Shown here: piece by piece, positions 10,608-20,795 of the stretch
How the letters are laid out: every line of letters starts with the position of its first letter
Position numbering within the stretch: the stretch's first letter is position 1
NCBI GenBank assembly: GCA_964503145.1
Contig: CAZCYV010000015.1
Coordinates: 20,378 to 84,377 of the forward strand
Origin: an uncultured Anaerolinea sp.
GTDB lineage: Bacteria; Chloroflexota; Anaerolineae; Anaerolineales; UBA4823
DNA: 64,000 bases
Direction of reading: 5' to 3'
Position numbers and translations under genes: made by a program
Notes under the pieces: generated by a model
Seen by the model: only the letters and a program-made list of their open reading frames with translations
Database searches by the model: none
Told to the model about the DNA's origin: nothing

Positions 10608-12501
10608 AGATCAAGAGCGCCGTGATTTCTACCTTCTTGGCTTGTTCCTGTCCTTGGCGCTAATTCACGGCCTGATTTACATCTTTCTCGTCCCCCCCTG
10701 GCAACACTACGATGAGCCGAACCATTTCGAAGTCGTCTGGCTGACGGCGCGCTTGAACCGCGTCCCGCTGCCGGGAGACCACAACCCCAAGCTGAGCCGC
10801 CAGGTTTTCCAGTCGATGCTGGAGAACAGCTTTTATGATCGTATGGCTGCCAGACCTTCGCTGCCTGCAGAGGGAGAAAAGGTAAGCATCCCAGGCTATC
10901 CACAGCTTGGTGAGCCGCCGATTTATTATCTGCTGGCCTCGCTGCCTTTGCGAGTAATCCCGCGCGCGGTCTCCATTGAAAAGCAACTCTACGCCGCCCG
11001 GCTGGTCTCGCTGGCGCTGTACCTTTTCACGGTGTTGGCGAGTTGGGGGGCGACGCGAACGGTCGCTCCGCCTGGTCATGCGCTGCGCTGGCTGGCACCG
11101 GCCACGCTGGTGCTGTTGCCGGCGTTCGTCGATCTGATGACGGCGGTGAACAACGATGTGGGGGCGGTGGCGGTCTTTTCGCTGTTCTTCTGGGGTAGCC
11201 TGAGGTTGTCGCTGCAGCGCTTTTCGCTGCCGAATCTGCTGTGGGTGCTGGTAGCAGCTGGGTTGGCATATTTCACGAAAAACACCGCCATGATCGCTCT
11301 GGCAGTGCTGCCGGTGGTTTTGCTATTCGCCGTTTTTCGCGGCCGCTGGCAGGCGCTGGCCTGGGGTATCCTGGGCCTGGGAGCGCTGATTGGGCTAGCG
11401 ATGAGTATCTCATGGCAAGATGCGGCAGGGTGGTATCGCGGGACTTCCCAAACGGGCGGATTGCGCGTAGCCGACGAACGTGCAGTCCATGGCGCTTACG
11501 TGCTGGCGCTTGACGCCCAGGCTGGCGTCATCCCTGACTGGTCGCCGCCGGTCTATCAGGTGCTCCCGCCGGAGCAGGCGCGGTCGTTGCATGCTCAGAC
11601 GGTCACACTGGGGGCATGGATGTGGGCCAGCCAGCCGATCACGGCGGACTTCCCAAGCCTGAGATCCGGCCAAGAGATGTTCACCCGACGGGTCGATCTG
11701 GACACGCAGCCGCAATTCTACGCCCTGCAGGTGGTACTGCCGCCGGGCAGCGATCGGTTGTGGGTCGATCTGAATCCCAGAGTGTCAGGGGATGCGCCCG
11801 TCGTCGTATATTACGATGGGCTGGCGTTGGCGGCGGGGGTGATGGATGTGGATCAGCCGCCGCAGTTCAGCGCGGCGGATGGAGCGCAGGGCGAATGGGG
11901 CGGTCAACCGTTCACGAACCTGTTGCGCAACCCTTCGCTAGAAGCGCCTGGGCCGCGCCTGGCCGCCTGGCTGGACGAGCCGCTCACCGCACTCCTACCG
12001 GATAACGCGCGTCCATCTCAGGTGCTGGCCTCACTGTGGGATTGGGGCGGCGCAGGGTATTTTTATGAGATTGTTTCTGGGCATCTTTTCCGCACCTTTT
12101 GGGCGCGCTTCGGCTGGGGGCATGTCCCGCTGGTCTGGGGATGGGTCTATAATTTATTGATGGGCCTGACTCTGGCGGGCGCGATAGGGGCCGTCTGGGG
12201 TGGCTGGAGGCTGCGGCGGACATTGCCCTGGCCAGCGGTCGCCATCGGAGGATTATCGTTACTGCTGGCCTGGTCTCTGACCCTGGTGCGCGGCGTCGTC
12301 TATTTGCCGTTGCCGGGCTATTACTATCCCACAGCACGCCACGCCTATCCGGCGATTCTACCGGCGGTCCTGGCGCTGAGTTTTGGCTGGTCACAATGGA
12401 TGCGCTGGGGCAGGTGGGTGACGTGGATTTATTGGGCCGGGTTGGTCTTCCTGAGCGTGCTTTCGATATTTAGCGTGGCGCAGTTCTATGGCCGGTTTTA
12501 G
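10549..12501 (+). CDS. Large polytopic membrane protein, GT-C/DUF2142-like (putative glycosyltransferase)
   Basis: First TM followed by PPWQHYDEPNHFEVVW (DExxH-like loop seen in GT-C/DUF2142 proteins), then more than 10 helices. Start is uncertain: the ATG at 10549 overlaps the phosphatase 3' end by 59 nt. Confidence 0.5.
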   Translation: MSESTGWPRTTSLPSNPKSEDQERRDFYLLGLFLSLALIHGLIYIFLVPPWQHYDEPNHFEVVWLTARLNRVPLPGDHNPKLSRQVFQSMLENSFYDRMAARPSLPAEGEKVSIPGYPQLGEPPIYYLLASLPLRVIPRAVSIEKQLYAARLVSLALYLFTVLASWGATRTVAPPGHALRWLAPATLVLLPAFVDLMTAVNNDVGAVAVFSLFFWGSLRLSLQRFSLPNLLWVLVAAGLAYFTKNTAMIALAVLPVVLLFAVFRGRWQALAWGILGLGALIGLAMSISWQDAAGWYRGTSQTGGLRVADERAVHGAYVLALDAQAGVIPDWSPPVYQVLPPEQARSLHAQTVTLGAWMWASQPITADFPSLRSGQEMFTRRVDLDTQPQFYALQVVLPPGSDRLWVDLNPRVSGDAPVVVYYDGLALAAGVMDVDQPPQFSAADGAQGEWGGQPFTNLLRNPSLEAPGPRLAAWLDEPLTALLPDNARPSQVLASLWDWGGAGYFYEIVSGHLFRTFWARFGWGHVPLVWGWVYNLLMGLTLAGAIGAVWGGWRLRRTLPWPAVAIGGLSLLLAWSLTLVRGVVYLPLPGYYYPTARHAYPAILPAVLALSFGWSQWMRWGRWVTWIYWAGLVFLSVLSIFSVAQFYGRF

Positions 12502-12632
12502 CGCTGCGGGATGGCGGCTTAATGTGCTGTGCCTGGCGAAGATCGTATCGCGCCGGGGAATTTCGAACAACGCTGGAAAAAGTTGTCCTGCTTCAGGTTA
12601 AACCTGCTAAAATGCAGCAGAAGGAGAGACTC

Positions 12633-14150
12633 ATGAGCCGTGACATTCGTTTAGCATCGCTGATCCTGTTGATGATCCTGCTGACTTCTTGCTCGCAGGG
12701 CAGGCCGCCAGCCAGTACACAGCAACCTGGCGTGACAGGCGCTCCTGAGACGCCAATTGCCGGCATGGCGCCAACCAGCGATAAGTTCCCAACGATGGAG
12801 GTGCATGCCGATGTCCCGCCAACCGTTCCTGCGGCTGCCAGGCCGACGGCTACCGGGCGTCCACCTGCTCAAGCTCAAGCGCCAACCGAGCCTATCCCGG
12901 GGATGGAACTGGAGTCGTTCATGGAAAAGCGCTACCTGCTGGCGATCGAGGCGGGCGCTTATTGGTTTCGCCGCAATGCCATCCTGTGGTCTGATGTGGA
13001 GCGCACCGAGGGAAAGCTCAATTGGAGCGTGGTGCTCAATCTGGAGAAAGAGCTGGCCTTTGCCTCGGCGCAGGGCGTGCAGATGATGGTGATCGTGCGC
13101 GGCGCGCCGGCGTGGGCGCAGAAGCTGCCGGGGGTGATTTGCGGTCCGATTCTGCCGGAGAAGCTGCCGGCATTCGCCAATTTCATGTTCGAAGTGGTCA
13201 AACGCTATAGCGCGCCGCCGTACAATGTGCGCTACTGGGAATTGGGCAATGAGCCGGATATTGACCCAAACCTGACCGCAAAGGACAGCCCTTTTGGCTG
13301 CTGGGGCGATGCAAACGATCCGTATTATGGCGGCGGCCAGTATGCAGAGATGCTCAAAGTGGTTTATCCAAAGATCAAGGAAGCTGATCCTGAAGCCCAG
13401 GTGTTGGTGGGAGGTTTGTTGTTAGATTGCGATCCGATCAATCCACCGGAGGGCAAGAATTGCACGCCTTCGCGCTACCTGGAAGGGATTCTCAAGAACG
13501 GCGGCGGGGATTACTTCGACGGCGTCAGCTTCCACGCCTATGATTACTACGTCGCGCCGCATTTTTATGGCAACGGCAATTGGAACAGCGGTATGGACAC
13601 CTATGGCCCAGTGTTGGTTCCCAAAGCGCGCTATTTGCGCAGTGTGCTCAACGCTAACGGTTACCCAGGGAAATTCCTGATAAACACCGAGTCGGGGTTG
13701 GTGTGTGGGCGAGATGGCAGCGAAGCAATATGCCAGACTGAAGAGTTCAACCAGACCAAGGCCAGCTATGTGGCCCAGGCCAACGTCAGCGCCCTGGCAG
13801 AGGGCCTGCGCGGCAATTTGTGGTACAGCCTGACAGGCTGGCGGGGCACGGCTCTGATCGACAGGAGTTCGAAGCCCTACCCGGCTTATGAAGCCTTCAA
13901 GTTCAGCGCCAACCAGATATCGAAGGCGCGCTACGTACGCGAGATCACCGATTTTCCCGGCGTGCGAGGCTACGAATTGGAGCGGAACGGCGTGCGCATT
14001 TGGTTCTTGACCTCGGCGGATGGTCAGGACCACACGATCACGCTGCCCAATCAGCCAGCAGCCATTCAGGATATGCTGGGTGAAAGTCTGCCGCCATCCA
14101 CCGAGGTGACGATCACGAATGCGCCGGTGTACATCGAGCTAAAACCTTAG
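12633..14150 (+). CDS. Secreted lipoprotein, clan GH-A-like glycoside hydrolase
   Basis: Trimmed to MSRDIRLASLILLMILLTSCSQG (lipobox LTSC). Contains a Pro/Thr/Ala linker, then YWELGNEPD, a clan GH-A acid/base-type motif. The exact GH family was not determined. Confidence 0.65.
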   Translation: MSRDIRLASLILLMILLTSCSQGRPPASTQQPGVTGAPETPIAGMAPTSDKFPTMEVHADVPPTVPAAARPTATGRPPAQAQAPTEPIPGMELESFMEKRYLLAIEAGAYWFRRNAILWSDVERTEGKLNWSVVLNLEKELAFASAQGVQMMVIVRGAPAWAQKLPGVICGPILPEKLPAFANFMFEVVKRYSAPPYNVRYWELGNEPDIDPNLTAKDSPFGCWGDANDPYYGGGQYAEMLKVVYPKIKEADPEAQVLVGGLLLDCDPINPPEGKNCTPSRYLEGILKNGGGDYFDGVSFHAYDYYVAPHFYGNGNWNSGMDTYGPVLVPKARYLRSVLNANGYPGKFLINTESGLVCGRDGSEAICQTEEFNQTKASYVAQANVSALAEGLRGNLWYSLTGWRGTALIDRSSKPYPAYEAFKFSANQISKARYVREITDFPGVRGYELERNGVRIWFLTSADGQDHTITLPNQPAAIQDMLGESLPPSTEVTITNAPVYIELKP

Positions 14151-16180
14151 CGGATTGCCTCCAGCAATGCCTTGATAGCGGCCTCGAGCACGGCGTCCAC
14201 CTCCCCCAGGGCGCTCTCAGTGGTCACCGGCACGGTGATATCCGGCACGACGCCGACGCCCTCGATTGCCAGCTCGCCGGAGGGGGTTTCGTAGCGCCCG
14301 GTCGGGAACTGCATGCTTAGGTCGCCAGGCAGTTTGTATTGGCCCTGCCCCACTTCGCCGTAAGCCCCGGCGGTGGGATAGTGCCCCACTATGATCGCCC
14401 GTTGGTCGTGCTGCATCGAGAAGGCGAAACCCTCGCAGGCGCTGATGCAATCAGGCCCTACCAGCACAGCAATTGGCCCAGGGTAGTAGGCGGGTGCTGG
14501 TTCGATGCGGCTGGGATATGGGCTGGCTTGGAATTGGGCGGTGTTCTCGTTGTAATATAGCGCGTTGAAAACCTGGAAGGTCTCCTCGAAGAAGTAGCCC
14601 GCGTAATTCTGGGCCATCCTTCCCGATCCGCCAGGATTCTGGCGCAGGTCGAGGATCAGGCCAGGGATTTCCTCATCGATCAGGCCTTGCAGGTAGCGAT
14701 CCCATAGCCGGGCCATCAGGTTTTCATCATCTCCAAAAGTGTTGATGCGGATATAGCCCAGGCCGGAATCGGGTAGGGTTCGCGCCTCGACCGGCAAGGC
14801 CAAGGGGTCGTCATCTGCATCAGGCAGACTGCGCAGTAATGAGTTGTACTCTGGCTGCGACTCGAGTCGGATTTCCCTTTCCTGGGCTTCGCCCGGGTTT
14901 TTGTGCACCACCTGAACGCTCGTCCCGGGTGGGACGCGGGTGAGAAACTTTACCTGGTTCACCCGCTGGGCATGGGGGGTGGAATACGGGCCAAAACCGG
15001 GCACCACCGATCGGATGGCTTCGCTCACCGCCTTGCCATTCCAGCGGATGATCTCTGCGCCGCGCAGCAGGCCAGCCTTTTGCGCCGCGCCGCCGGGCAG
15101 CACTTCCTGGACGATCACGCGACCGTCGCTCAATTCGACCAGGATCAAGCCAAATCCACCTCCGTAGTCTTCGTAGAACACCTGTTGGTTGAAGCCCAGG
15201 CCTACATGACCGTCGGGGATGGCGAAGGCAAAATCGCGCAGCAGCCGGTAAAAGTCCTCAGTGGAACGGACACTCTGCGCCTGCGGCATGAAGCGGGCTT
15301 TCAGCGCCGCCCAGTCCAGCCCTTTTTCTTTGGTGAAGGGATATTCGCGGGATGCTTTGTCGAACAGGGCTTCGAAAGCCTGGGCGTAGTCCAGGTCAGA
15401 AAAATCGTTCACTGCGCTGGCGCCTTCGATCAGGTCGATCACCGGGCGAGCTTCTTTATAGACGCGAAACGGCTGCTGGTTGAGATCGATCAGGTTGTAG
15501 CCTGCGGGGATAGGCGCAACCGGGTCGTCGGCAGTGAAGAGTTTGTCATCTGATCCGAAGCCGCTAGGGAAAGACTGCTGATCATCCGGCGCCCAAACCA
15601 CAAGCGTGCCGCCGGTGATTTCGTAATCTCTTTCCGGGTCGGTGATCGTGGAAGCGTAGGCGTTAGACCAGCCTTTTCCATCGCGCGGTTCCAGGAAAGG
15701 GTCTCGCCAGGTGTTCGACCAGTACGCGACGGCGAAAACCTGGACGCCGGTATCCTGCCTGCCATTATTGTCCAGGTCCAGGTAGGTGCCTTGGGGAATA
15801 GCGGGTAACGAGAGCGAGTAACTGAGCTTAAGATCGGGGCTGATCTCCACCGGTCCGATGAGCTGGGAGGCGCGCTTGAAGATGAATTCCCGGTCGCGAG
15901 CGGCGAAACCGGCCTGGTCTTCGAGCATAACGAAGGGTTCGGCGATGGTATCCAGGAAGAAGCGTGAGGTGTAGGGGATTTGGCCGCTGATGAAGACAGG
16001 CTCATCTGGATGCGCTTCGCCCGGAAGGATGCGCGTGGCCGGCAGCGGGGTGTAGGTAGGGGTGGGCTGAGCTTCTGGCGTCGGGGGGCTGCTGGGGGTA
16101 GAGACGTCTTCGCTTAGTTTGCAGGCTGCGACGGCCAGCGACAGGCTCAATATAACCAGAAAGTACCACAATCGGTTCAT
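14147..16180 (-). CDS. S41-family (C-terminal processing) peptidase lipoprotein with PDZ domain
   Basis: ATG at 16180 is preceded by AGGTGA. MNRLWYFLVILSLSLAVAACK lipobox. PDZ-like VIVQEVLPGGAAQKAGLLRGAEIIRWNGK. S41 signature LILDLRQNPGGSG. Confidence 0.85.
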   Translation of the reverse strand: MNRLWYFLVILSLSLAVAACKLSEDVSTPSSPPTPEAQPTPTYTPLPATRILPGEAHPDEPVFISGQIPYTSRFFLDTIAEPFVMLEDQAGFAARDREFIFKRASQLIGPVEISPDLKLSYSLSLPAIPQGTYLDLDNNGRQDTGVQVFAVAYWSNTWRDPFLEPRDGKGWSNAYASTITDPERDYEITGGTLVVWAPDDQQSFPSGFGSDDKLFTADDPVAPIPAGYNLIDLNQQPFRVYKEARPVIDLIEGASAVNDFSDLDYAQAFEALFDKASREYPFTKEKGLDWAALKARFMPQAQSVRSTEDFYRLLRDFAFAIPDGHVGLGFNQQVFYEDYGGGFGLILVELSDGRVIVQEVLPGGAAQKAGLLRGAEIIRWNGKAVSEAIRSVVPGFGPYSTPHAQRVNQVKFLTRVPPGTSVQVVHKNPGEAQEREIRLESQPEYNSLLRSLPDADDDPLALPVEARTLPDSGLGYIRINTFGDDENLMARLWDRYLQGLIDEEIPGLILDLRQNPGGSGRMAQNYAGYFFEETFQVFNALYYNENTAQFQASPYPSRIEPAPAYYPGPIAVLVGPDCISACEGFAFSMQHDQRAIIVGHYPTAGAYGEVGQGQYKLPGDLSMQFPTGRYETPSGELAIEGVGVVPDITVPVTTESALGEVDAVLEAAIKALLEAIR

Positions 16181-16194
16181 ACGCGGTTCACCTT

Positions 16195-16731
16195 TCACAA
16201 AGATTGGCTCAAACGATAAGCATCAATCGAACGCTGGATAAATCCGTCCACAATTTCGTCGATGCGCCATTGGACGATACTGTTGGCGATGCCGTTCAAC
16301 ACAGGTTCAGGCATGAAGCGGATGCCGAAGGGCACGGGCAGGTTGGCGCCAAGGCTAAACTGGTATTCGACCTGGGTGCTCTTGCCATTGGCCCGGAAAA
16401 TAGACTGGCTGGTGAAAGACCCCTGGCCGGTCAGGGAGTAGATGCCGACTTCGCTGGGCGTTGGCTGCATCCCAGGAATCGGCCGGGTGCGTAATACCCG
16501 CTGCTGGTGCTCCAATTCGACCTGGATATCGCAAAAAAGGCGCACGCGATAAATTCCCAACTCGGTGGTGCTATACATCACGCGATACTGGTCGGGCTGA
16601 TAGGTTTTGACGATGGTGATATGCGGCAGCATACTCAGTGTACGACGAATGTCGGCGTAATAGTCGAACGCGGCGTCGATCGGAGAGGGAAAGGTAAAAG
16701 AGCGATGAACGGAGCCGCTGATGGTGATCAT
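16195..16731 (-). CDS. Hypothetical protein, possibly SRPBCC/DUF1997-like
   Basis: Trimmed to MITISGSV. Size and a beta-rich pattern are all I can see. Family is a weak recollection. Confidence 0.45.
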   Translation of the reverse strand: MITISGSVHRSFTFPSPIDAAFDYYADIRRTLSMLPHITIVKTYQPDQYRVMYSTTELGIYRVRLFCDIQVELEHQQRVLRTRPIPGMQPTPSEVGIYSLTGQGSFTSQSIFRANGKSTQVEYQFSLGANLPVPFGIRFMPEPVLNGIANSIVQWRIDEIVDGFIQRSIDAYRLSQSL

Positions 16732-16803
16732 GACGAGGGGGAGATGCCAGCGTGTAGCTCGCTCTGGGAGGTGAAGCAATTGACGCGAGGTTGCAGGTCT
16801 GCG

Positions 16804-17364
16804 CTATTCTTTGTTGGTCAGGGTGATTTCTTCAATCTTATGGGTCAACTCTTCGATCTGAGCCTGCAGGCGGTCCAAGTCCTCTTGGGTGGGAAGCTGG
16901 CGTTGGCGCAGGTAATTCTCCAGGGTGGCTTCGTCCATGGCAGCCATGCGGTTGATCTGGCGAGCGCCTTGTTGGATCATCTTGTCGATCAGGTTGCGGG
17001 CCTCTTTTTCGGAAATTTCCCCCTGGTGGACCAGCGCCTGGATACGGTTCTTGATCTCTTCATCGATTTGATGCCAGAAGCTGGCAGGCGAAGCCAGGCT
17101 GCGTTGGAAGGCAGACAGGCGGTCGCTGCCGGCGCGAATCAGCCCGGTCAGAAACGAATTAGTCAGCAGACCACTTTGCTTCTTTTCCTGTTCCAGGATG
17201 ATCTGGGTGAGGGTGACGGCGGTTAGATCTTCGCCCGAGGCGTGATCGACTACCTGGATTTCGGCGCCCTGACGGATCAGGTCGGCGACGCCCTCCAGGG
17301 TGATATATTGCTTGGCTTCGGTGTTGTATAGTTTGCGATTGGGATAACGCTTAATAATGATCAT
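16804..17364 (-). CDS. phaR: PHA synthesis repressor PhaR-like DNA-binding protein
   Basis: MIIIKRYPNRKLYNTEAKQYITLEGVADLIRQGAEIQVVDHASGEDLTAVTLTQIILEQE matches the PHB/PHA accumulation regulator N-terminal DNA-binding domain. C-terminal coiled-coil. Confidence 0.8.
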   Translation of the reverse strand: MIIIKRYPNRKLYNTEAKQYITLEGVADLIRQGAEIQVVDHASGEDLTAVTLTQIILEQEKKQSGLLTNSFLTGLIRAGSDRLSAFQRSLASPASFWHQIDEEIKNRIQALVHQGEISEKEARNLIDKMIQQGARQINRMAAMDEATLENYLRQRQLPTQEDLDRLQAQIEELTHKIEEITLTNKE

Positions 17365-17526
17365 GACATTGTTCTCTACATGTTTCTGCCCGAACAGACC
17401 TTCAAAGCCTGAATTTGCCAGCTCGCGCCCTATTATACGCCATCTTTGGTTAAAAAGTATTCTCCCCTTCCTGGTGTACAGGGAAGGGGAGAAGCGCATA
17501 TACATTTAGAGCCGCGTACGTGGATC

Positions 17527-17904
17527 TTACTGGGCTTTCTTCAATTCATCGACCTTCTTGGAAAGGGCGACGATCTTCTCGCTGAGGGCGTCGATGTCAG
17601 CCTTGGAAGGCACGTTCATGCGCTCCAGGACGCTCTCGACACGCTTGGTGATCTCGTCCTCAGCCTTCTCGGCGTCTTTCTTGCGGCGATCCATAATTTC
17701 GCGCACCAGCTTGCGGCCATCTTTTTCGGCGATCTCGCCGCGCTCGATCAGCTTATCGACAAAATCTTCGATCTCTTCCTTGCCCAACGCGATCGCGCCG
17801 ATGCCAGCCAGCAGCACCTTGCGCACTGCCTCGAGCAGGGGGTTCTGCTCTTCTTTGCCATTGGTTTGTTCTACAACTTCGGTAGCCTTCGTCTTGGTAG
17901 CCAT
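17527..17904 (-). CDS. Phasin-like granule-associated protein
   Basis: The ATG at 17904 has a strong AAGGAGAT SD 6 nt upstream. Highly charged helical 125-aa protein. LLAGIGAIALGKEEIEDFVDKLIERGEIAEKDGRKLVREIMDR is typical of the phasin/PHA-regulator COG. Confidence 0.65.
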   Translation of the reverse strand: MATKTKATEVVEQTNGKEEQNPLLEAVRKVLLAGIGAIALGKEEIEDFVDKLIERGEIAEKDGRKLVREIMDRRKKDAEKAEDEITKRVESVLERMNVPSKADIDALSEKIVALSKKVDELKKAQ

Positions 17905-18125
17905 TGTCTTATCTCCTTTTTTCATCCTGTAGTATGGATTGATCACATCGTTTATGACGCGCTGCGTCGTAAGAGAGTATAACACACCGCGTCATGAAAG
18001 TCAAGAGTTTGAGGAAAGCCGGAATGGCTTTCCTTGACTGGACATCACTTCTCAACTATACTATTTCCACCAGGCAAAATCCCATTCCATGGCACAAAAT
18101 CTCGACCGGATGCGGAGGAAAAACA

Positions 18126-18557
18126 ATGGCAGTCTTCCGAGATGCAGAGCAATTTTACGCATGTGTGGGGGAATTGATGGATCGGGCCAAGAAAGATCCC
18201 CAAGTTGGACCGAAAATTGCAAAATCCGGGATCATCATCCAGTTTCGCTACACTGATCCTGAGGCGGTCACCACGGTCAACGCTAAGGACAAGCCAACAC
18301 AGCCCGGCGCTTTCTGCGATGTGTTGCACGGGCCATGTGACCTGAAGCCGGATGTGATCATGACAATGAAAGCCGACATCGCGCATGCATTCTGGCATGG
18401 GAAGGTCAACCTGGTCTCAGCGCTAGCAAAGAAGGACATTGTCGCCCAAGGGCCTATCCCCAAAATTCTGAAGCTGCTGCCGGCGGTGGAGCCGTTGTAC
18501 AAAGTTTATCCGGTGCTGTTGCGCGAGAAAGGGTATCCGGAGTTGGTATTGAAATAA
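18126..18557 (+). CDS. SCP2 sterol/lipid-carrier domain protein
   Basis: Trimmed to MAVFRDAEQFY. The pattern ...IIIQFRYTDPEAVTTVNAKD...ADIAHAFWHGKVNLVSALAKKDIVAQGP resembles the SCP2 fold C-terminal helix (G.l......g.i...G). Confidence 0.65.
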   Translation: MAVFRDAEQFYACVGELMDRAKKDPQVGPKIAKSGIIIQFRYTDPEAVTTVNAKDKPTQPGAFCDVLHGPCDLKPDVIMTMKADIAHAFWHGKVNLVSALAKKDIVAQGPIPKILKLLPAVEPLYKVYPVLLREKGYPELVLK

Positions 18558-18566
18558 ACGCTATGG

Positions 18567-20765
18567 ATGGTGATGAAGAGCGTCTTGGTTGTTCACCTGG
18601 GTTCCGGTGAAGAGAGCAGCTTGGTAGAGTTCCAGGGGCAGCAAATTGAAATCAGGCGACTTGGCTGTGCTGGCGACGCCGACTTGGCGCGCCGGTGGAT
18701 CATCGAGCACGACGGCAGAGTGGACGCGATCGGGCTGGAAGGACTGCCGGCGCGACTGCAACTGGGCAACGCGCGCCGGACACACGAGACTGGCGCGGCA
18801 CTAGCTTCCCTGGCGCAGATCACGCCGGTGGTTGATGGCAGCGGCGTGCGCGCCGGCCTGGAGCGTTGGGGCGTCACCCTGGCAGACCGCGCCCAACCGG
18901 GCATTTTCAGCCAGAAGCGCATCTTGCTGGTGCCTGGGTTGAACCACGAGGGGCTAGCGCAGGCATTGGGGCGACACAGTCGCGAGGTGCGCTACGCCGA
19001 CTTGGTGGTGTATTTTGCCATGCCGGATTTACCTGGGGTGGGCCGCCGGATGACGTTGGAACAAGTGGCTGGCCCGACTCTGGAACAACTCAAGGATGCG
19101 CCCTTCCGACGGATCTTCCCTCAACCAGGGCGTCCTGGGACTCCGCGGGCGGAGAAGCCTTTCAATTGGGCAGATGTATTGGCCGGGGACATTGGCGCCA
19201 TCCGCCGCTATGCTCCCTTGCGCCTGGCGCACAAGACGGTGGTGGTCAATTCGGCCAGCGAGGAAGACCTGGAAGACTTGCGCCAGCGAGGGGTTTCCAT
19301 CGCAGTAGTGATGATCCCGGATTTGAGAGGCGATGCTCATCGAAGAGGCTGGGGCGAGGCGACGATCGAGGCGATACTGGCCTCTTTGCGTCCTGATCCG
19401 CTGGCGGCGCCGAGCGAGGACACCTATCTCGACCTAATCGCCGATCTGGACTGGAAACCGGATATCCGCTACTTGCAGCCCGGTGAAGCGGGGATCAACC
19501 GTTTCGCCTTCGTGATCCATCCATTGGATGTGAGTTACATTCACAAGCACCGTTGGTTCCGTTGGACGCGGTATTTACCAGACGCGATCATCGAACCGGT
19601 GGCGGCCATGTTCCCGCCGATTTACCTTTCACGCATCACTGGCGGTCGTTCACCGACCACTGGCCAGCGCATCGAAGGTTATCTTTTTTCGCTTGGGGCG
19701 ACGCCGCGCCAGATGATGAGCCGCGGCGAGCGCTTTACCTATAAGCGCCTGAACCTGGCAGCCAGGATGGCCGAGCGGCGTGGGGCGCGCATCATGGGGT
19801 TAGGGGCATTCACCAGCGTGGTCGGCGATGCAGGGATCACCGTGGCGCATGAGGCGGATATCGCCATCACCAGCGGCAACAGCCTGACGGTCGCGGCGAC
19901 GCTGGAAGCTGCCAAGCAGGCGGTAATCAAGATGGGCGTCTCCGATCTCTCTCGCGGTAGAGCCATGGTGATCGGCGCAACCGGTTCGATTGGCTCGGTT
20001 TGCGCTCGGCTATTGGCCCAGGCGATCTATGACGTGGTGCTGATCTCCATTGAGCCTGAACGCCTGATTGATCTCAAGCGGCGCATCCTGGAGGAAACAC
20101 CCGGCGCGCACGTGACGATTGGCATCCGCGCGGATGAGATGGTCGGCGATTGCGACCTGATTGTGACCGCAACTTCGGCATTTGGCCAGCGGGTGCTGGA
20201 TATCACGCGTTGCAAACCGGGGGCGGTGATCTGCGATGTCGCTCGGCCGCCAGACATCAGCCCGGAAGAGGCTGCGCTGCGCCCGGATGTGTTGGTGATC
20301 GAGAGCGGCGAGGTGCTCATCCCTGGCGATATCGATTTCGGCTACGATATCGGCTTGCCCCCAAAGATTGCCTACGCCTGCCTGGCGGAGACGGCGCTGC
20401 TGGCAATGGAGGGGCGCTTCGAGGATTACACCTTAGGTCGAAACATCTCGCTAGAGCGCGTCAAAGAGATTTACCGTTTGTTCAAAAAACATCAGTTTCA
20501 ATTGGCGGGGTTGCGGTCGTTTGGGAAATATATTACCGATGAAGATGTAGAGGCGAAGCGGCGCCTGGCCGATGAGTTGCGCCGAGACCCCGAGCGGTTT
20601 GCGCAACTGAAGCTCGAGGCGGGTGAAAAGCTGGCCGCCATTCCGCCCATGGCGAAAGGGGTGCGCACGGGCGGCGCCGGTTGGCAAACCTGGATGGGGC
20701 TTGGACTGGCATTAGGCGCGTTGAGCTGGCTCTGGTATCGTCGGCGGGTCAACAAAACACAATAA
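18567..20765 (+). CDS. Acyl-ACP reductase (AAR)-family protein with ~300-aa N-terminal extension and C-terminal TM anchor
   Basis: Residues ~310-650 align by eye to cyanobacterial AAR. Matches are [50 protein letters not shown] (Rossmann) and [14 protein letters not shown] (AAR has FACFAEAML with the catalytic Cys). The C-terminus [19 protein letters not shown] is hydrophobic. Confidence 0.75.
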   Translation: MVMKSVLVVHLGSGEESSLVEFQGQQIEIRRLGCAGDADLARRWIIEHDGRVDAIGLEGLPARLQLGNARRTHETGAALASLAQITPVVDGSGVRAGLERWGVTLADRAQPGIFSQKRILLVPGLNHEGLAQALGRHSREVRYADLVVYFAMPDLPGVGRRMTLEQVAGPTLEQLKDAPFRRIFPQPGRPGTPRAEKPFNWADVLAGDIGAIRRYAPLRLAHKTVVVNSASEEDLEDLRQRGVSIAVVMIPDLRGDAHRRGWGEATIEAILASLRPDPLAAPSEDTYLDLIADLDWKPDIRYLQPGEAGINRFAFVIHPLDVSYIHKHRWFRWTRYLPDAIIEPVAAMFPPIYLSRITGGRSPTTGQRIEGYLFSLGATPRQMMSRGERFTYKRLNLAARMAERRGARIMGLGAFTSVVGDAGITVAHEADIAITSGNSLTVAATLEAAKQAVIKMGVSDLSRGRAMVIGATGSIGSVCARLLAQAIYDVVLISIEPERLIDLKRRILEETPGAHVTIGIRADEMVGDCDLIVTATSAFGQRVLDITRCKPGAVICDVARPPDISPEEAALRPDVLVIESGEVLIPGDIDFGYDIGLPPKIAYACLAETALLAMEGRFEDYTLGRNISLERVKEIYRLFKKHQFQLAGLRSFGKYITDEDVEAKRRLADELRRDPERFAQLKLEAGEKLAAIPPMAKGVRTGGAGWQTWMGLGLALGALSWLWYRRRVNKTQ

Positions 20766-20795
20766 ACCAGTATTGCGGAGAGGAGTGGCCGGAAT

